The notes beneath the pieces were generated by a model. The model saw only the letters and a list, made by a program, of their open reading frames with translations, searched no databases and had not been told where the DNA came from. Both the position numbers and the translations under genes were made by a program. A stretch of DNA of 64,000 nt from an uncultured Planctomycetota bacterium. Lineage in GTDB: Bacteria > Planctomycetota > Phycisphaerae > Tepidisphaerales > Tepidisphaeraceae. The number at the start of each line of letters is the position of its first letter. Within the stretch, counting starts at the first letter, position 1. Positions 9,753 to 19,768 of the stretch are shown here, in pieces. Where the stretch lies: assembly GCA_963841915.1 (NCBI GenBank), contig CAWJEN010000005.1, positions 32,001-96,000 on the forward strand. The letters run 5' to 3'.

Positions 9753-11279
9753 ATGCTTCTTCGCCCGCTCATTGCAAACGCCCAAGGCCGCGCCGGTGCG
9801 ACGGCTGTCGTCGACGACCGCGGGTCGATGACGTGGGCCGAGCTGTACAAGCGGTCCAAGCGACTGGCCAAGCTGCTGCGAAGCCGAACGAAGCGGTCGA
9901 GTGTGGCCATCCTGCTGCCGACGAGCGGCGGGTTTGCGGTGAGCTTTTACGCTTGCCTGCTGGCGGGTAAGACGCCGGTCCCGATCAACTTTCTGCTGGG
10001 CGAGCGGGAAACCGAGCACGTTCTTAAGGACGCGGGTTGTGACCTGGTGCTGTCGGTCGGGTTGCTGCTCGACAAGCTCGACGCCGGCAAGACCGTCAAG
10101 GCCGCTGCGGAGCGGGGCGAGGTCGAGATCATCGACCTCATGAAGCTCAAGCCGACGCTCGGCTCGATCCTCGCACAGCTTCGACCGCTACCAGGTGGCG
10201 AGGCGGGGCCGAACGACCTTGCCGTCCTGCTCTACACGAGCGGTACGAGCGGCTTGCCCAAGGGCGTCGAGCTGACGCACGGCAACCTCGATAGTGACGC
10301 CAAGGGCTGCATCGAGCACGCCCGCCTCGACCGCGACGGGGATAAGCACGTATTTCTGGGCATCGTCCCATTGTTCCACTCGACGGGGTTGCTAGCGACG
10401 CTGCTGGCGCCGGTGCAACTGGGGGCACAGATGGTCTTCTGCGCACGCTTTAATCCTGCCGAGGCGGTCAAGAAGATCCGCGAGCACGGCGTGACGGTGA
10501 TGGCGGCGGTGCCGTCGATGTACAACGCGATCGCCCGTGTCAAAGACGCTGGTCCTGCGGATTTCGCCAAGATGTACGTCCCGCTGAGCGGCGGTGAGCC
10601 TTTACCAGGCCGGGTGCGGGAGGCCTTCCGTCGCAAGTTCGACGCCGACCTCATGGAGGGTTACGGCCTGACGGAGACGTGTGGCCCGATCTGCGTGAAC
10701 ATGCCCCACGCCCACAAGCCCGGCAGCGTCGGCAAGCTCATCCCGGGTGGCGAGGCTCGCGTCGTCGACAGCGATGGGAACGATGTTCCACGTGGAACAA
10801 CGGGCGAACTGCTGCTGAAGGGGCCGATGGTCTTTCGCGGCTACTTCAAGTTGCCAGAGGCCTCGAGCGAGGCACGCACGAGCGACGGCTTCTTCAAGAG
10901 CGGCGACCTCGGGCACATCGACGAGGATGGCTACCTCTTTGTCACCGGACGGGCCAAAGACATGCTCATCGTCGGTGGTGAGAATGTTTATCCGCGCGAG
11001 ATCGAGGAGCTGCTCGGCACGCACCCGGCCGTCGCTGAGGCGGCAATCGTGGGTCGGCCGGACAAGTCTCGCGGCGAGGCGGTGGTCGCCTTCGTCATTG
11101 CCGCCGAGGGGCACGAGCTGACAGATCAGGCCGTGAAGGACTTCCTGCGTGACAAGGGCCTTGCCAGCTTCAAGATGCCCAAGGAGGTGAAGCTGGTCAA
11201 CGACCTGCCCCGCTCGCCGACGGGTAAGGTGCTCAAGCGCGAGCTGCGTGAGCAGGTCGCGGGAACACCAACCGAGTGA
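9753..11279 (+). CDS. AMP-dependent long-chain acyl-CoA synthetase
   Basis: YTSGTSGLPKG, EGYGLTE, SGDLG, GRAKD and PTGKVLK adenylation motifs. Confidence 0.92.
   Translation: MLLRPLIANAQGRAGATAVVDDRGSMTWAELYKRSKRLAKLLRSRTKRSSVAILLPTSGGFAVSFYACLLAGKTPVPINFLLGERETEHVLKDAGCDLVLSVGLLLDKLDAGKTVKAAAERGEVEIIDLMKLKPTLGSILAQLRPLPGGEAGPNDLAVLLYTSGTSGLPKGVELTHGNLDSDAKGCIEHARLDRDGDKHVFLGIVPLFHSTGLLATLLAPVQLGAQMVFCARFNPAEAVKKIREHGVTVMAAVPSMYNAIARVKDAGPADFAKMYVPLSGGEPLPGRVREAFRRKFDADLMEGYGLTETCGPICVNMPHAHKPGSVGKLIPGGEARVVDSDGNDVPRGTTGELLLKGPMVFRGYFKLPEASSEARTSDGFFKSGDLGHIDEDGYLFVTGRAKDMLIVGGENVYPREIEELLGTHPAVAEAAIVGRPDKSRGEAVVAFVIAAEGHELTDQAVKDFLRDKGLASFKMPKEVKLVNDLPRSPTGKVLKRELREQVAGTPTE
10784..10799. 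promoter_or_regulatory. parS: parS site within CDS
   Basis: TGTTCCACGTGGAACA encoding DVPRGT. Confidence 0.85.
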
Positions 11280-13568
11280 CTACGCGTCGTCGAACAGGCT
11301 CGCTGGCGTGTCCGGCAGCGTGTTGCCGAAGGTCGACCGCAGGATCGCAAAGTCAAGAATGCTGACCGTGCCGTCGTAGTTGAAGTCGCCGTTGTAGAAC
11401 GTCGAAGCTGTCGAGCCGAAGTTGGCGCGCAGGATAGCAAAGTCGAGAATGGAGACGGTCGCGTCGCCGTTGGCGTCGCCTGCGAGCACGTTGAAACTGA
11501 GCGGCTCTGCCATCACCGCTCGCCCGTCGAGATCCGCCAGGCCGACCGGCAGCTCTGCGATGTAGCGGCCGTCTGGCAGCAGCACCTTACCGCTGGCTGT
11601 GGTCGTCGTGCCGAGCCCGCCGGTGACGACGAAGGTGGCGAGTTGGCTCTCGCTCTCGAGCGTCTCCAACACGGTGGTGTAGCTCTCGCCGGTGAGCGTG
11701 TTGATGAGCGTCAGACCTTCAGTGGTCAACAAATCGTTCGGGAACGGGCGATCAAAGTCGTACACGATCGCATGCCGCGTCGCACCGTCGAAGCTTGCCG
11801 CCTCGACCGTCGGGGCGGCAATGACACCCGCGCCGTAGACGCGGAGCTGGGCAAGGTTGAGCGTTCCAGGGATGCCGTTGGTGGAGGTGTCGCTGACGTT
11901 GACCGTCCAGGTGCCGCCGGAGTCTTCGCCCCAGTTGCGAACGGTGTTGAGCGTCCAGTTGCTGATGTTGTCGCCGTTATCGTTGTTGTTGTCGAGCAGG
12001 CGACTGACGGTGCCACCGGGCGATGTCAGCAGAACTTGAAGATCGCCACGATTGTTGTGACTGACGTCGAAGCCGAGGTCGACGTGCTCGACCGTCAAGC
12101 CGCTGGGGACGTCGAACGTGAGGTCGATCGTGCCGCCGTCAGGGATGGCAACCGGATCTGTGACCGCTGCCGAGGTGTAGGTGACTTCTGGGGCAACCGT
12201 CTGCCACGTCGAGGCAACACTCACCGCCGCGGCGGCATCGACGAGGCCGAAGCCATAGGCCAGGTTCACGTCGTACCCGGCGGCATTCGTTGACCAACCA
12301 GTGCTGGCGGCATCGACCGGGGCAGCCGATTCGATGAGCACGTGCTGCACGTCGCGATAGCTCAGCAGCGGGTTGGCCTCGAGCATGAGCGCCACCACGC
12401 CGCTGACGAGCGGAGCTGCCGAACTGGTGCCGCCGAAGCTGTTGGTGTAGCCGCTTGCGTTGGTCGAGCTGACGGTAGTGATACCGAGGCTGCCACCGTT
12501 GCTTGGAGCGGTAACGATGAGGCTCGACCCTTCCTCGCTGTACCAGGACCGCTGGCCGTAATTGTTCAGCGCCGCGACGGCGATAGAAAAGCGACTGTTG
12601 GCGTAGCCGTCGCGGTTGACGTCGTCGTTGAGGCCGCCGTTACCACCGGCCCAGACGTGCACGCTGCCGAGTCCGCCGCGGCCTTGGGTGGCGGCGAATT
12701 CGAGCGCAGCCGCCGAGAGTGGGCCGGGCCCTTCAAAGCGTTTGCCGTCGTCGCTGGGTCCCCAGGAGTTGTTGTAGACGTCGATGTCGTTGGCGAGGTG
12801 CTGCAGCGCCCCGCCGATGCCGATGTCGTTACCGCCGCTGGACCCGCCGTAGATGCGAAGACCGGCGAGCGTGGCGTCAAAGGCGACGCCGCTGACACCG
12901 ACGGCGTTGTTACCAACCGCCGCGGCGACGCCGGCGACGCTGGTGCCGTGACCGTCGAAGGAGAACGGAAGCGGTGTGTCGTCGTTGCTCAGATAGTCGT
13001 AGTCGAGCGCCTGGTCGTAGTTGTCGACGAGATCAGGGTGCGTGTAAACCACGCCATCGTCGAGAACGCCGATGACGATGCCGGTTCCATCGATCCGCGT
13101 GTCGGCGGGAGCCGGCACATCCCAGGCAGCAAAGACATTGGCGTCGACCACTGCGGCGGAGTTCGAAGCATCCAGGTGCCACTGCCCTGAGACGAACGGG
13201 TCGTCGGGGACGAATCGCGGCCCGATGCCCGCGTCCCGGACAGCCTGTACCTGTTCAGCCCGAAGTCCAAGGGTCGCAAGTCTCGCCGCATCGACAGGCT
13301 GCGGGAGATCCAGAACCTGAACGCCAGGCAGCGATGGCCACGGCCTGACGGCATCGTGGGCTACGCCTAACGCATCGGCAAGATCACGCGCTGACTGCCC
13401 GCTGTCTCTGACGATCCAGCGAGTAGAAGAACCCTCGGCAGCAGGCGAGGCCAGGCCGCGGTCCCACGCCTGCACTACAGCGACATTGTCCGACAAGGGC
13501 GCCAGATCGGTCGACACGGACGCAGACAGGAGGCGACGGGCTTCTAGTTGATCCAGGTGATTGCGCAT
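11280..13568 (-). CDS. Extracellular kexin/furin-like S8 serine peptidase with P-domain and C-terminal dockerin-like repeats
   Basis: LEARRLL; catalytic triad LDDG / HGT / GGTSSAAP; oxyanion GNG; P-domain (RGDLQVLLTSPGGT, WGEDSGGTW); two GDxNxD..VSILDFAILR repeats. Confidence 0.9.
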   Translation of the reverse strand: MRNHLDQLEARRLLSASVSTDLAPLSDNVAVVQAWDRGLASPAAEGSSTRWIVRDSGQSARDLADALGVAHDAVRPWPSLPGVQVLDLPQPVDAARLATLGLRAEQVQAVRDAGIGPRFVPDDPFVSGQWHLDASNSAAVVDANVFAAWDVPAPADTRIDGTGIVIGVLDDGVVYTHPDLVDNYDQALDYDYLSNDDTPLPFSFDGHGTSVAGVAAAVGNNAVGVSGVAFDATLAGLRIYGGSSGGNDIGIGGALQHLANDIDVYNNSWGPSDDGKRFEGPGPLSAAALEFAATQGRGGLGSVHVWAGGNGGLNDDVNRDGYANSRFSIAVAALNNYGQRSWYSEEGSSLIVTAPSNGGSLGITTVSSTNASGYTNSFGGTSSAAPLVSGVVALMLEANPLLSYRDVQHVLIESAAPVDAASTGWSTNAAGYDVNLAYGFGLVDAAAAVSVASTWQTVAPEVTYTSAAVTDPVAIPDGGTIDLTFDVPSGLTVEHVDLGFDVSHNNRGDLQVLLTSPGGTVSRLLDNNNDNGDNISNWTLNTVRNWGEDSGGTWTVNVSDTSTNGIPGTLNLAQLRVYGAGVIAAPTVEAASFDGATRHAIVYDFDRPFPNDLLTTEGLTLINTLTGESYTTVLETLESESQLATFVVTGGLGTTTTASGKVLLPDGRYIAELPVGLADLDGRAVMAEPLSFNVLAGDANGDATVSILDFAILRANFGSTASTFYNGDFNYDGTVSILDFAILRSTFGNTLPDTPASLFDDA

Positions 13569-13651
13569 TTTCTCCAGGCGTCCGCGTACATTTCCTTAGT
13601 CGAATCTACCTCACGAACCTTGCAGAAGTTCAGGAAGATGTCGACTTCTAT

Positions 13652-13684
13652 AAAAAGTCGGCCTGCTCGCTAGAGCAGGCCGAC
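13652..13684 (-). terminator. Rho-independent terminator
   Basis: 12-bp perfect stem GTCGGCCTGCTC/GAGCAGGCCGAC followed by T5 on the minus strand. Confidence 0.8.
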
Positions 13685-13725
13685 CTTGATCAGGTAGTGG
13701 CCCGGGCCACTAGACGTCGGATGGC

Positions 13726-16700
13726 TCAGTTGAGCTCATCTTCGGCGAAGATCGACGAGGGAGCGGCGACCGACTGCCCGAAGTTGCCACGCAGGATGGC
13801 GAAGTCGAGAATCGAAACGCTGCCGTCCAGGTTGAAGTCAGCACCCGTGAAGCCGACACCGGTCTGCCCGAAGTTGCCACGCAGGATGGCGAAGTCCAGG
13901 ATCGACACGGCTCGGTCACGGTTGGCGTCACCGGCCAGGAAGTAGTCCATGACCACGCCGTCTGCCTCGAGGGCAACGCCACCGTCATTCGTCACACCAC
14001 CAGCGACGAGCGTGAAGGTGTAGTTGCCGTTCGTGAGGGTGCCGTTCTGGATGAGCGGAACCAGCGAGAACGTGGCGGTGTTGGTGGCCGGGTTGTAGTT
14101 GACGGTGACCGGACCACTCGGAATGACAGTGTTCGTCGTCGTGTTGAGGATGACGAGGTCACTGCCCTGCAGGCTGGCACCGACGTTCTGGTCGAACGTG
14201 AACGAAACGGCCAACGCGTTGGCGTCGAAGGCCTGAGCCGTCACGACCGGCGGAGCCACCGTCCGCTCGATCGAGCCGATGTCAACGATCTGAGGAGCGG
14301 TGTCCGGATCGCTGAAGAGCCGCTCGAACGGGTTACCACGCTGGTCGAAGACGAGGCCTTCGCTATTGGCGATGGCGTTGGAGCCGGCGTCGATCAGCGG
14401 GCTACCGGCCTGCGGCAGGTGGTTCCGGGTTTCGCCACCGTTGAAGGCCAGTTCCCCGAGCATCGGGTTGTCACTGATGATCGAGTTCGTCGGCAGCGAC
14501 GGGTTTAGCGGACGGCGTTCAACGGCCTTATCACCGTTGACATCCGTCACGACATCGGCCTGGAAGAACGAGCCGGTACCGATCAGCGAGTTGGTGATCA
14601 CCAGCGTGAGGTCGCCGTCAGCGAGGTTATCGCTGGCGTTGGGGTCAGCAATGGTGTCGAACTCTTCGGACTCAACAACGCTGAGGTTGTCCGGGAAGAG
14701 GATGGGGTCGCCGTTGTCATCGAGGAAGGCATTGCCATCAACATCGAACTCGAAGCTCGTGTTGTCGGAGATGACGGTGTTCTCGATGACCACCGAGTTG
14801 CCGGCCTGACCATTGCTCGAATTAATCGTGACGTTCTCGTCCAGACGTGCGAAGTTTTCGACGATGGTCGACTGCGTGATTTCGACAGCGAATGTGCCTT
14901 CACCAGCCTGCTGTGCCTGCCCAGCACCAATGACTGCCATGCCGCCGAAGAAGTCGGCCGTGTTATTGGAGATCGTCGACTGAACGATGTTCAGCTCGAG
15001 CGTGATGCCCGGATCGAAGAAGGTCGGGCCCGGCTCGGTCGCGAGGAATCGGAAGCCACCGATGGTGCCAAACACACCTTCGAGGTCACCGGCTAGCGAG
15101 GCATTTTCAGCAATCTCAGAGTCGATGAGGGTCAGGTTGGCGTCGTTGACGTCAAGCCCGCCGACGACACCGCGGCTGGTCACAAGGACCGGATCGCCAT
15201 TGTCGTCGAAGACCGGATCACCGTTGTCGTCGACATCCTGCTGGGTGAGGCCGGTGACGACGTTGCCAGCGACGCGGACGTTGGTGCCGAGGATGGTGCC
15301 GTTGGAGAGCAGGACACCACCGGCGAAGTTCTGTGCGGTGTTGTCAAGGAACGAGACGCTGTCCATGACGAGGTTCTCGCCCTGAGAAGCATCAACGATC
15401 TGCGGGCCCGTGTAGAGCATTGCACCACCCGAGCTAAAGGCCTCGTTGTTGCTCATGACGACGTCAGTCATCGTGAGAGCCGGCACCGAAGTGTCGAGGG
15501 CACGGCCGAACCGGCTGACGCCGGCGTCACCGGAAACGCGGGTATTGGCAGACTCGATCGACTGCGACAGCTTGGCTGCCGAGCTGATGTTGCTGAGGTC
15601 GATGCCTTCGCGCTGAACCTCTTCGCCACCGACAACTGACGTGTCGGCAACAACACCACCGCGGGCCGCGGGCGGCGGGAGAAGGCCCTGGAAGGTGACT
15701 GCACCACCGTTGCCCTGCGACGTGTTGCCGTCGAAGGTCGAGTCGATGATGCTGTGACTTAGTCCAAGTGCCTCACCGAAGCGGGGGATGACGTCGAGTG
15801 CTCCACCGCGCCCTGTGACGAAGTTCTGATCAGCACTGTCCTGCTGGAACTCAGCAGTGTTGTTGGTGAACGTCGAGCCACTGATGTTGGTGTTGGGACC
15901 ATACGACGTGATCGCACCACCGGTGTCCGTCGATGTGTTGCCGTCAAATGTGGAGCCGGTGACGGTGAGGTTATATGGCGTGACGTTGTTCAGAACGTCA
16001 GTCGCGTAGATGGCACCGCCGTAGATGGGACCGCCAACCGTCGCGCCGGCCGAAGCACCGTTGCTTGTGAAGGTCGAGTTGGCGATCGTGACATTCGGGG
16101 TCGCGAAGTAGAGTGCGCCACCGGGACCATCCTGGCCGTTGTTGAGCTCGAAATCGGTACCGTCGATCGAGACGGTGCCAGCTTGAGCGCGAATGGCGCC
16201 ACCGGTGCCGGTCGCCACGGGCGTGACGAGTGCCGAGTTGCCGCGGAAGAGTCCACCGTTAACGGTGACGGTTGTGCCGGCTCCGCCGAAGGCGGCGATT
16301 GCACCGCCGGAGCTAGCACTGTCGGGGTCGAAGGAGACGTTGCCGATGGCCGTGACATCGGTCAACGTGACATTGCCGCTCGTGAAGACGGCACCGCCGT
16401 CACCACCCTCGTTGCCGAGCAGGTTGGTGCCGGTGAGGGTGAGGTTCGTGCCAGCCGAGCTGAGGATGCTGCCGCCCGAATCCCGTGCCTCGGCACCGGG
16501 CAGGCCGGTGATCGGGACGAAACCGTTCTGCAGCGTCAGGCCACCGATGGCGAGCGTGCCGGCCGTGTGGGTGAAGTGACGGCTAGCGCCATTGCCGTCG
16601 ACGGTGACGCCGCCGGCCGAGTTGTTGATCGTCAGCGACTGCGATACGGGGATCGCACCCTGCGTCAGCGTAATGGTCTGCGGGGTCGAGAACAGCGTTG

Positions 16701-16887
16701 GGCTGAACGCAATGGTGTCAGTGCCGGCAGCGGCGTTGGCGGCGACAACGGCTTCGCGGAGCGTGAGGTTGCTGTCGGGGGCCGACACATCGCCGAGCGA
16801 GTTGACGGTGAACGTCGCGAGAAGGCGACGGGTTTCGAGCGGCTCTAGCAAACGGCTGTGGCCGGTACGGGTGGTCGGTGAACGCAT
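13726..16887 (-). CDS. Large extracellular protein: LEPR-XLL N-terminus, CSLREA-like/Pmp-type GGA repeats, choice-of-anchor Q-like domain, dockerin-like tail
   Basis: LEPLETRRLL, LTLREAV, repeated F..N.....GGAI, LGELAFNGGETRNHLPQAGSPLIDAG..DQRG..DIGSIE, GDANRD..VSILDFAILRGNFG. Confidence 0.88.
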   Translation of the reverse strand: MRSPTTRTGHSRLLEPLETRRLLATFTVNSLGDVSAPDSNLTLREAVVAANAAAGTDTIAFSPTLFSTPQTITLTQGAIPVSQSLTINNSAGGVTVDGNGASRHFTHTAGTLAIGGLTLQNGFVPITGLPGAEARDSGGSILSSAGTNLTLTGTNLLGNEGGDGGAVFTSGNVTLTDVTAIGNVSFDPDSASSGGAIAAFGGAGTTVTVNGGLFRGNSALVTPVATGTGGAIRAQAGTVSIDGTDFELNNGQDGPGGALYFATPNVTIANSTFTSNGASAGATVGGPIYGGAIYATDVLNNVTPYNLTVTGSTFDGNTSTDTGGAITSYGPNTNISGSTFTNNTAEFQQDSADQNFVTGRGGALDVIPRFGEALGLSHSIIDSTFDGNTSQGNGGAVTFQGLLPPPAARGGVVADTSVVGGEEVQREGIDLSNISSAAKLSQSIESANTRVSGDAGVSRFGRALDTSVPALTMTDVVMSNNEAFSSGGAMLYTGPQIVDASQGENLVMDSVSFLDNTAQNFAGGVLLSNGTILGTNVRVAGNVVTGLTQQDVDDNGDPVFDDNGDPVLVTSRGVVGGLDVNDANLTLIDSEIAENASLAGDLEGVFGTIGGFRFLATEPGPTFFDPGITLELNIVQSTISNNTADFFGGMAVIGAGQAQQAGEGTFAVEITQSTIVENFARLDENVTINSSNGQAGNSVVIENTVISDNTSFEFDVDGNAFLDDNGDPILFPDNLSVVESEEFDTIADPNASDNLADGDLTLVITNSLIGTGSFFQADVVTDVNGDKAVERRPLNPSLPTNSIISDNPMLGELAFNGGETRNHLPQAGSPLIDAGSNAIANSEGLVFDQRGNPFERLFSDPDTAPQIVDIGSIERTVAPPVVTAQAFDANALAVSFTFDQNVGASLQGSDLVILNTTTNTVIPSGPVTVNYNPATNTATFSLVPLIQNGTLTNGNYTFTLVAGGVTNDGGVALEADGVVMDYFLAGDANRDRAVSILDFAILRGNFGQTGVGFTGADFNLDGSVSILDFAILRGNFGQSVAAPSSIFAEDELN

Positions 16888-17250
16888 TGAATCTTGCCCT
16901 TCTTGGGTTGAATACGAGGAGAATCAGCAACAGCGAGACTGTTTCTTACAGCAAAACTGTTTCGTGCACCGCCGACGGGCGGCCACCGCAGGAAGGCGGC
17001 TGGGCACAAGCCGTTGACGCCGCCACACGGGCGACAGACAACGTCCGACGACCATCCTGCGCCACGCGAGGCGCACAGGTCGTCAGAACGGACTTCGCCA
17101 GAGTAGCCCGCCAGACGCATTCCTGCAAAAGATTCTCGGGCCTTCTTCGATGGTGAACACCTGTTTAGGCCGAGATAGTCGCACTTCGCCCGGCAGAATC
17201 ATCACCGCCGGCATCGCCAACACGACCGGGTCTCATTCTCCAACTTGAAC

Positions 17251-19017
17251 TTATGGCCCGAACAGCATGAGCTGCGGATCCAGCTTCTCCGCCTTTGCAG
17301 GCTCGCCCACCTTGTTGAAATTCTCCACGTCTTCGAATATTTCGACGACGCGAGCGAGTTGATCGGCCGACTCCGGCGAACGATCCCACCGAATCCGCTT
17401 AATCCTCGGAAACCGCAACGCAAAGCCGCTGGCATGGCGGCGACTCTTCTGGATGGCATCAAAAGCTATTTCCAGCACCACCTCCGGTCGGACCTTAAAG
17501 ACTCTGCCGCTGCTTGATGTCTGGATCTCCAGGAACCGCTCCGTAAGCATCGCGATCTCAGCATCCGTTACCCCGCTGTACGCCTTGCCGATGTTCAGCA
17601 GCGTTCCACCTTCTGCCGGATCGTCCGACCAGATGGCAAACGTGTAGTCGCTAAGTGAGTCGCGCCGTTTGCCGTGCCCATACTCGGCGGCTGTGACCAC
17701 GACATCCAGCGTCGGCAGATGCGTCTTGAGCTTGATCCACCCCTGGCCGCGACGACCTGGCGCGTATCGGCTCTGCGGGTCCTTGAGAATCAGTCCCTCG
17801 TTCTTCGCCTCCCTCGCGGCGGCGAAAGCTTCGTCGATTGAAGCCTGGTCCGTCACACCCGTAGTCTCCAGCTTCAGCACTGCCGACTGCGGCTCTAGCA
17901 AGCTGACGAGCCTTGTCCGCCGCTCGTCCTGCGGCGAGTCGATCAAGAGTGCTTCATTAAGGTATAGAAGGTCGAAGGCAACGAATCTGCAAGGGTACTG
18001 CTCAAGCACCTCGGCCGACGGGTCAACCCGCCCCAGCCGTTTCTGAACGTTGGCAAAGGCGGTGACAGACTTCGTCGCTTCATCGTAGGGCACAATCTCG
18101 CCGTCCAGAATCCAGTCGCCCGGCACCTGCCGAGCCTGTTCGACGATGTCCGGGAAGGCATTGTCACTGCGGTCAAGCGTTCGGCTGTAGATGGAAATGC
18201 GGGCGAGGTCACCGACGCCCTGCTTGTGAATCTGAGCGCGGATGCCGTCGAGCTTGTCCTCTGCCGTCCACGTACGGTCAGTCTTACCGATGAAGTCTGC
18301 CGCGGCCTCACTTGTCTCTCGCGGCGTGGCGAGCATAAAACCGAGCGGGTGAAACAACCGGAACTTGATGCCGTCCAGCCGCTTGTGACGTGCAAGCACG
18401 GCTACTTCTCCCAAGTCGCCTAGCAGCAGGACGGCACGCCTGACAGCATCGGCCTCCACTTCGAATGCCTCGGCGATCGCTCCGTGCAGCACGCCCTCTC
18501 GGGCACCGGTCCGAAGGTCCCCGTTGATGACCTTGCCGACGTAGGCAGCAGATCGGGGCAAGACGCAGCGGGCAAGCAGGTCACGGAGCAAATCCTGCTT
18601 GGCTGCTGAGCCACTGACGAGCGCAAGTGCGTCGAACACTTCGCGGAAGTCGCTGAGGCTGAGCGCTTCAGCATCGACCGCTCCGGGCGAGCCACGCTCC
18701 TGCCACAGGCCAGCGAGGGCTTCTCCGGTTTCCCCACTTTTGATCGCCCTGGCTCGCCAAGCCTCTGCCGACTCATTGAACAGCGCTGCCACGGCGTCGC
18801 GAAAGCCGGCTGAGCTGACGCCGGTGGTTCGCTCGTCGGTGACGGCGAATGCTTTACCCGCGGCAAATCGGACACCGTCAGCCAAGACCTTGTCGGGGAG
18901 CGATCGGAAGTACGTCGCCAGAATCTTCTGCTTCTCGAGCTTTTTGCTCGTCGCAGCCGTCGCGTCATTGGCGGCGGCAAAGGCGGCTACGGCATCGGGG
19001 GCAACAACATCGCTCAC
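17251..19017 (-). CDS. ATP-dependent DNA ligase with N-terminal DNA-binding domain (LigB/archaeal-like)
   Basis: Motif I EDKLDG, LDGEIV, FDLLYL, EGLILK, WIKLK, LRFPRI..IRWD. Confidence 0.93.
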   Translation of the reverse strand: MSDVVAPDAVAAFAAANDATAATSKKLEKQKILATYFRSLPDKVLADGVRFAAGKAFAVTDERTTGVSSAGFRDAVAALFNESAEAWRARAIKSGETGEALAGLWQERGSPGAVDAEALSLSDFREVFDALALVSGSAAKQDLLRDLLARCVLPRSAAYVGKVINGDLRTGAREGVLHGAIAEAFEVEADAVRRAVLLLGDLGEVAVLARHKRLDGIKFRLFHPLGFMLATPRETSEAAADFIGKTDRTWTAEDKLDGIRAQIHKQGVGDLARISIYSRTLDRSDNAFPDIVEQARQVPGDWILDGEIVPYDEATKSVTAFANVQKRLGRVDPSAEVLEQYPCRFVAFDLLYLNEALLIDSPQDERRTRLVSLLEPQSAVLKLETTGVTDQASIDEAFAAAREAKNEGLILKDPQSRYAPGRRGQGWIKLKTHLPTLDVVVTAAEYGHGKRRDSLSDYTFAIWSDDPAEGGTLLNIGKAYSGVTDAEIAMLTERFLEIQTSSSGRVFKVRPEVVLEIAFDAIQKSRRHASGFALRFPRIKRIRWDRSPESADQLARVVEIFEDVENFNKVGEPAKAEKLDPQLMLFGP

Positions 19018-19089
19018 GGCCTGCCGACCTTAACGCAACACCTTCTCATCTCGAACGTCGCGAATCAGCGCCCACTACCGTCAGCCGGC

Positions 19090-19734
19090 ATGCCGCGTGA
19101 TCAGACGAAACAGCAACGTCAGGACCGCTTCCGCACCATCACGTTGCTGTGCGTCTTCGGCGTGATGCTCGGCCTGGGCATGCTCTACACAAGCGTCAGC
19201 CGGTGGTCGGCCGAGTCGCTCATGAGGCCGACACCGACCACCGCCGGCCGACTTTCGGCACGGCTACCCGAGGATTGGGCGGTCGACTCCATGTCTCGCG
19301 ACGGCCTTGACCGCCTCTACGCCGCAATCGAGCAGGAGGAGTCATTGGTCCAACTGACGGTCGATCTTCAACCTTTAACGGAGAAAGCCAACGGAAGACG
19401 ACGGGACAACCGGTCGCTTCTGAGCCTCGCTGCCTCGCGTCGCGGCGATGTCGGGACTGAACTCGTCATCCAGCCGGAGTTGTACGATGCACCGCGGCCG
19501 ATTCAGGTTGGAGACGCTGAGGGCATCGTCGCGACCTACGGATACCTGCTCGGTGAGTCGCTGATCGGTGGCCTGCGTGGCGGTCAGCTGCTGTTTTTCC
19601 GCACGATTGCCGTCGCCCGGACGGGTGACGACGTAGTCATCATTGAAGTCGAGCGGCACGGTGAATGGGACGGCCGTGACACGCTGCTGTTGCGGGCCGT
19701 GGCCGGCAGTGTTTCTATCGACGGCAACAGATGA
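19090..19734 (+). CDS. Hypothetical membrane-anchored protein
   Basis: N-terminal TM helix; TACCGT box 8 nt before ATG. Confidence 0.7.
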   Translation: MPRDQTKQQRQDRFRTITLLCVFGVMLGLGMLYTSVSRWSAESLMRPTPTTAGRLSARLPEDWAVDSMSRDGLDRLYAAIEQEESLVQLTVDLQPLTEKANGRRRDNRSLLSLAASRRGDVGTELVIQPELYDAPRPIQVGDAEGIVATYGYLLGESLIGGLRGGQLLFFRTIAVARTGDDVVIIEVERHGEWDGRDTLLLRAVAGSVSIDGNR

Positions 19735-19768
19735 ACATGTCGCTGCGGATTCGCGTACTGTGGCGGTG

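Noticed and set aside
17140..17200. c-di-GMP-I riboswitch suggested by CGGCCTAAAC on the minus strand
   Set aside because: The GGCAAAC/GAAA/CGCAAAGC elements are missing.
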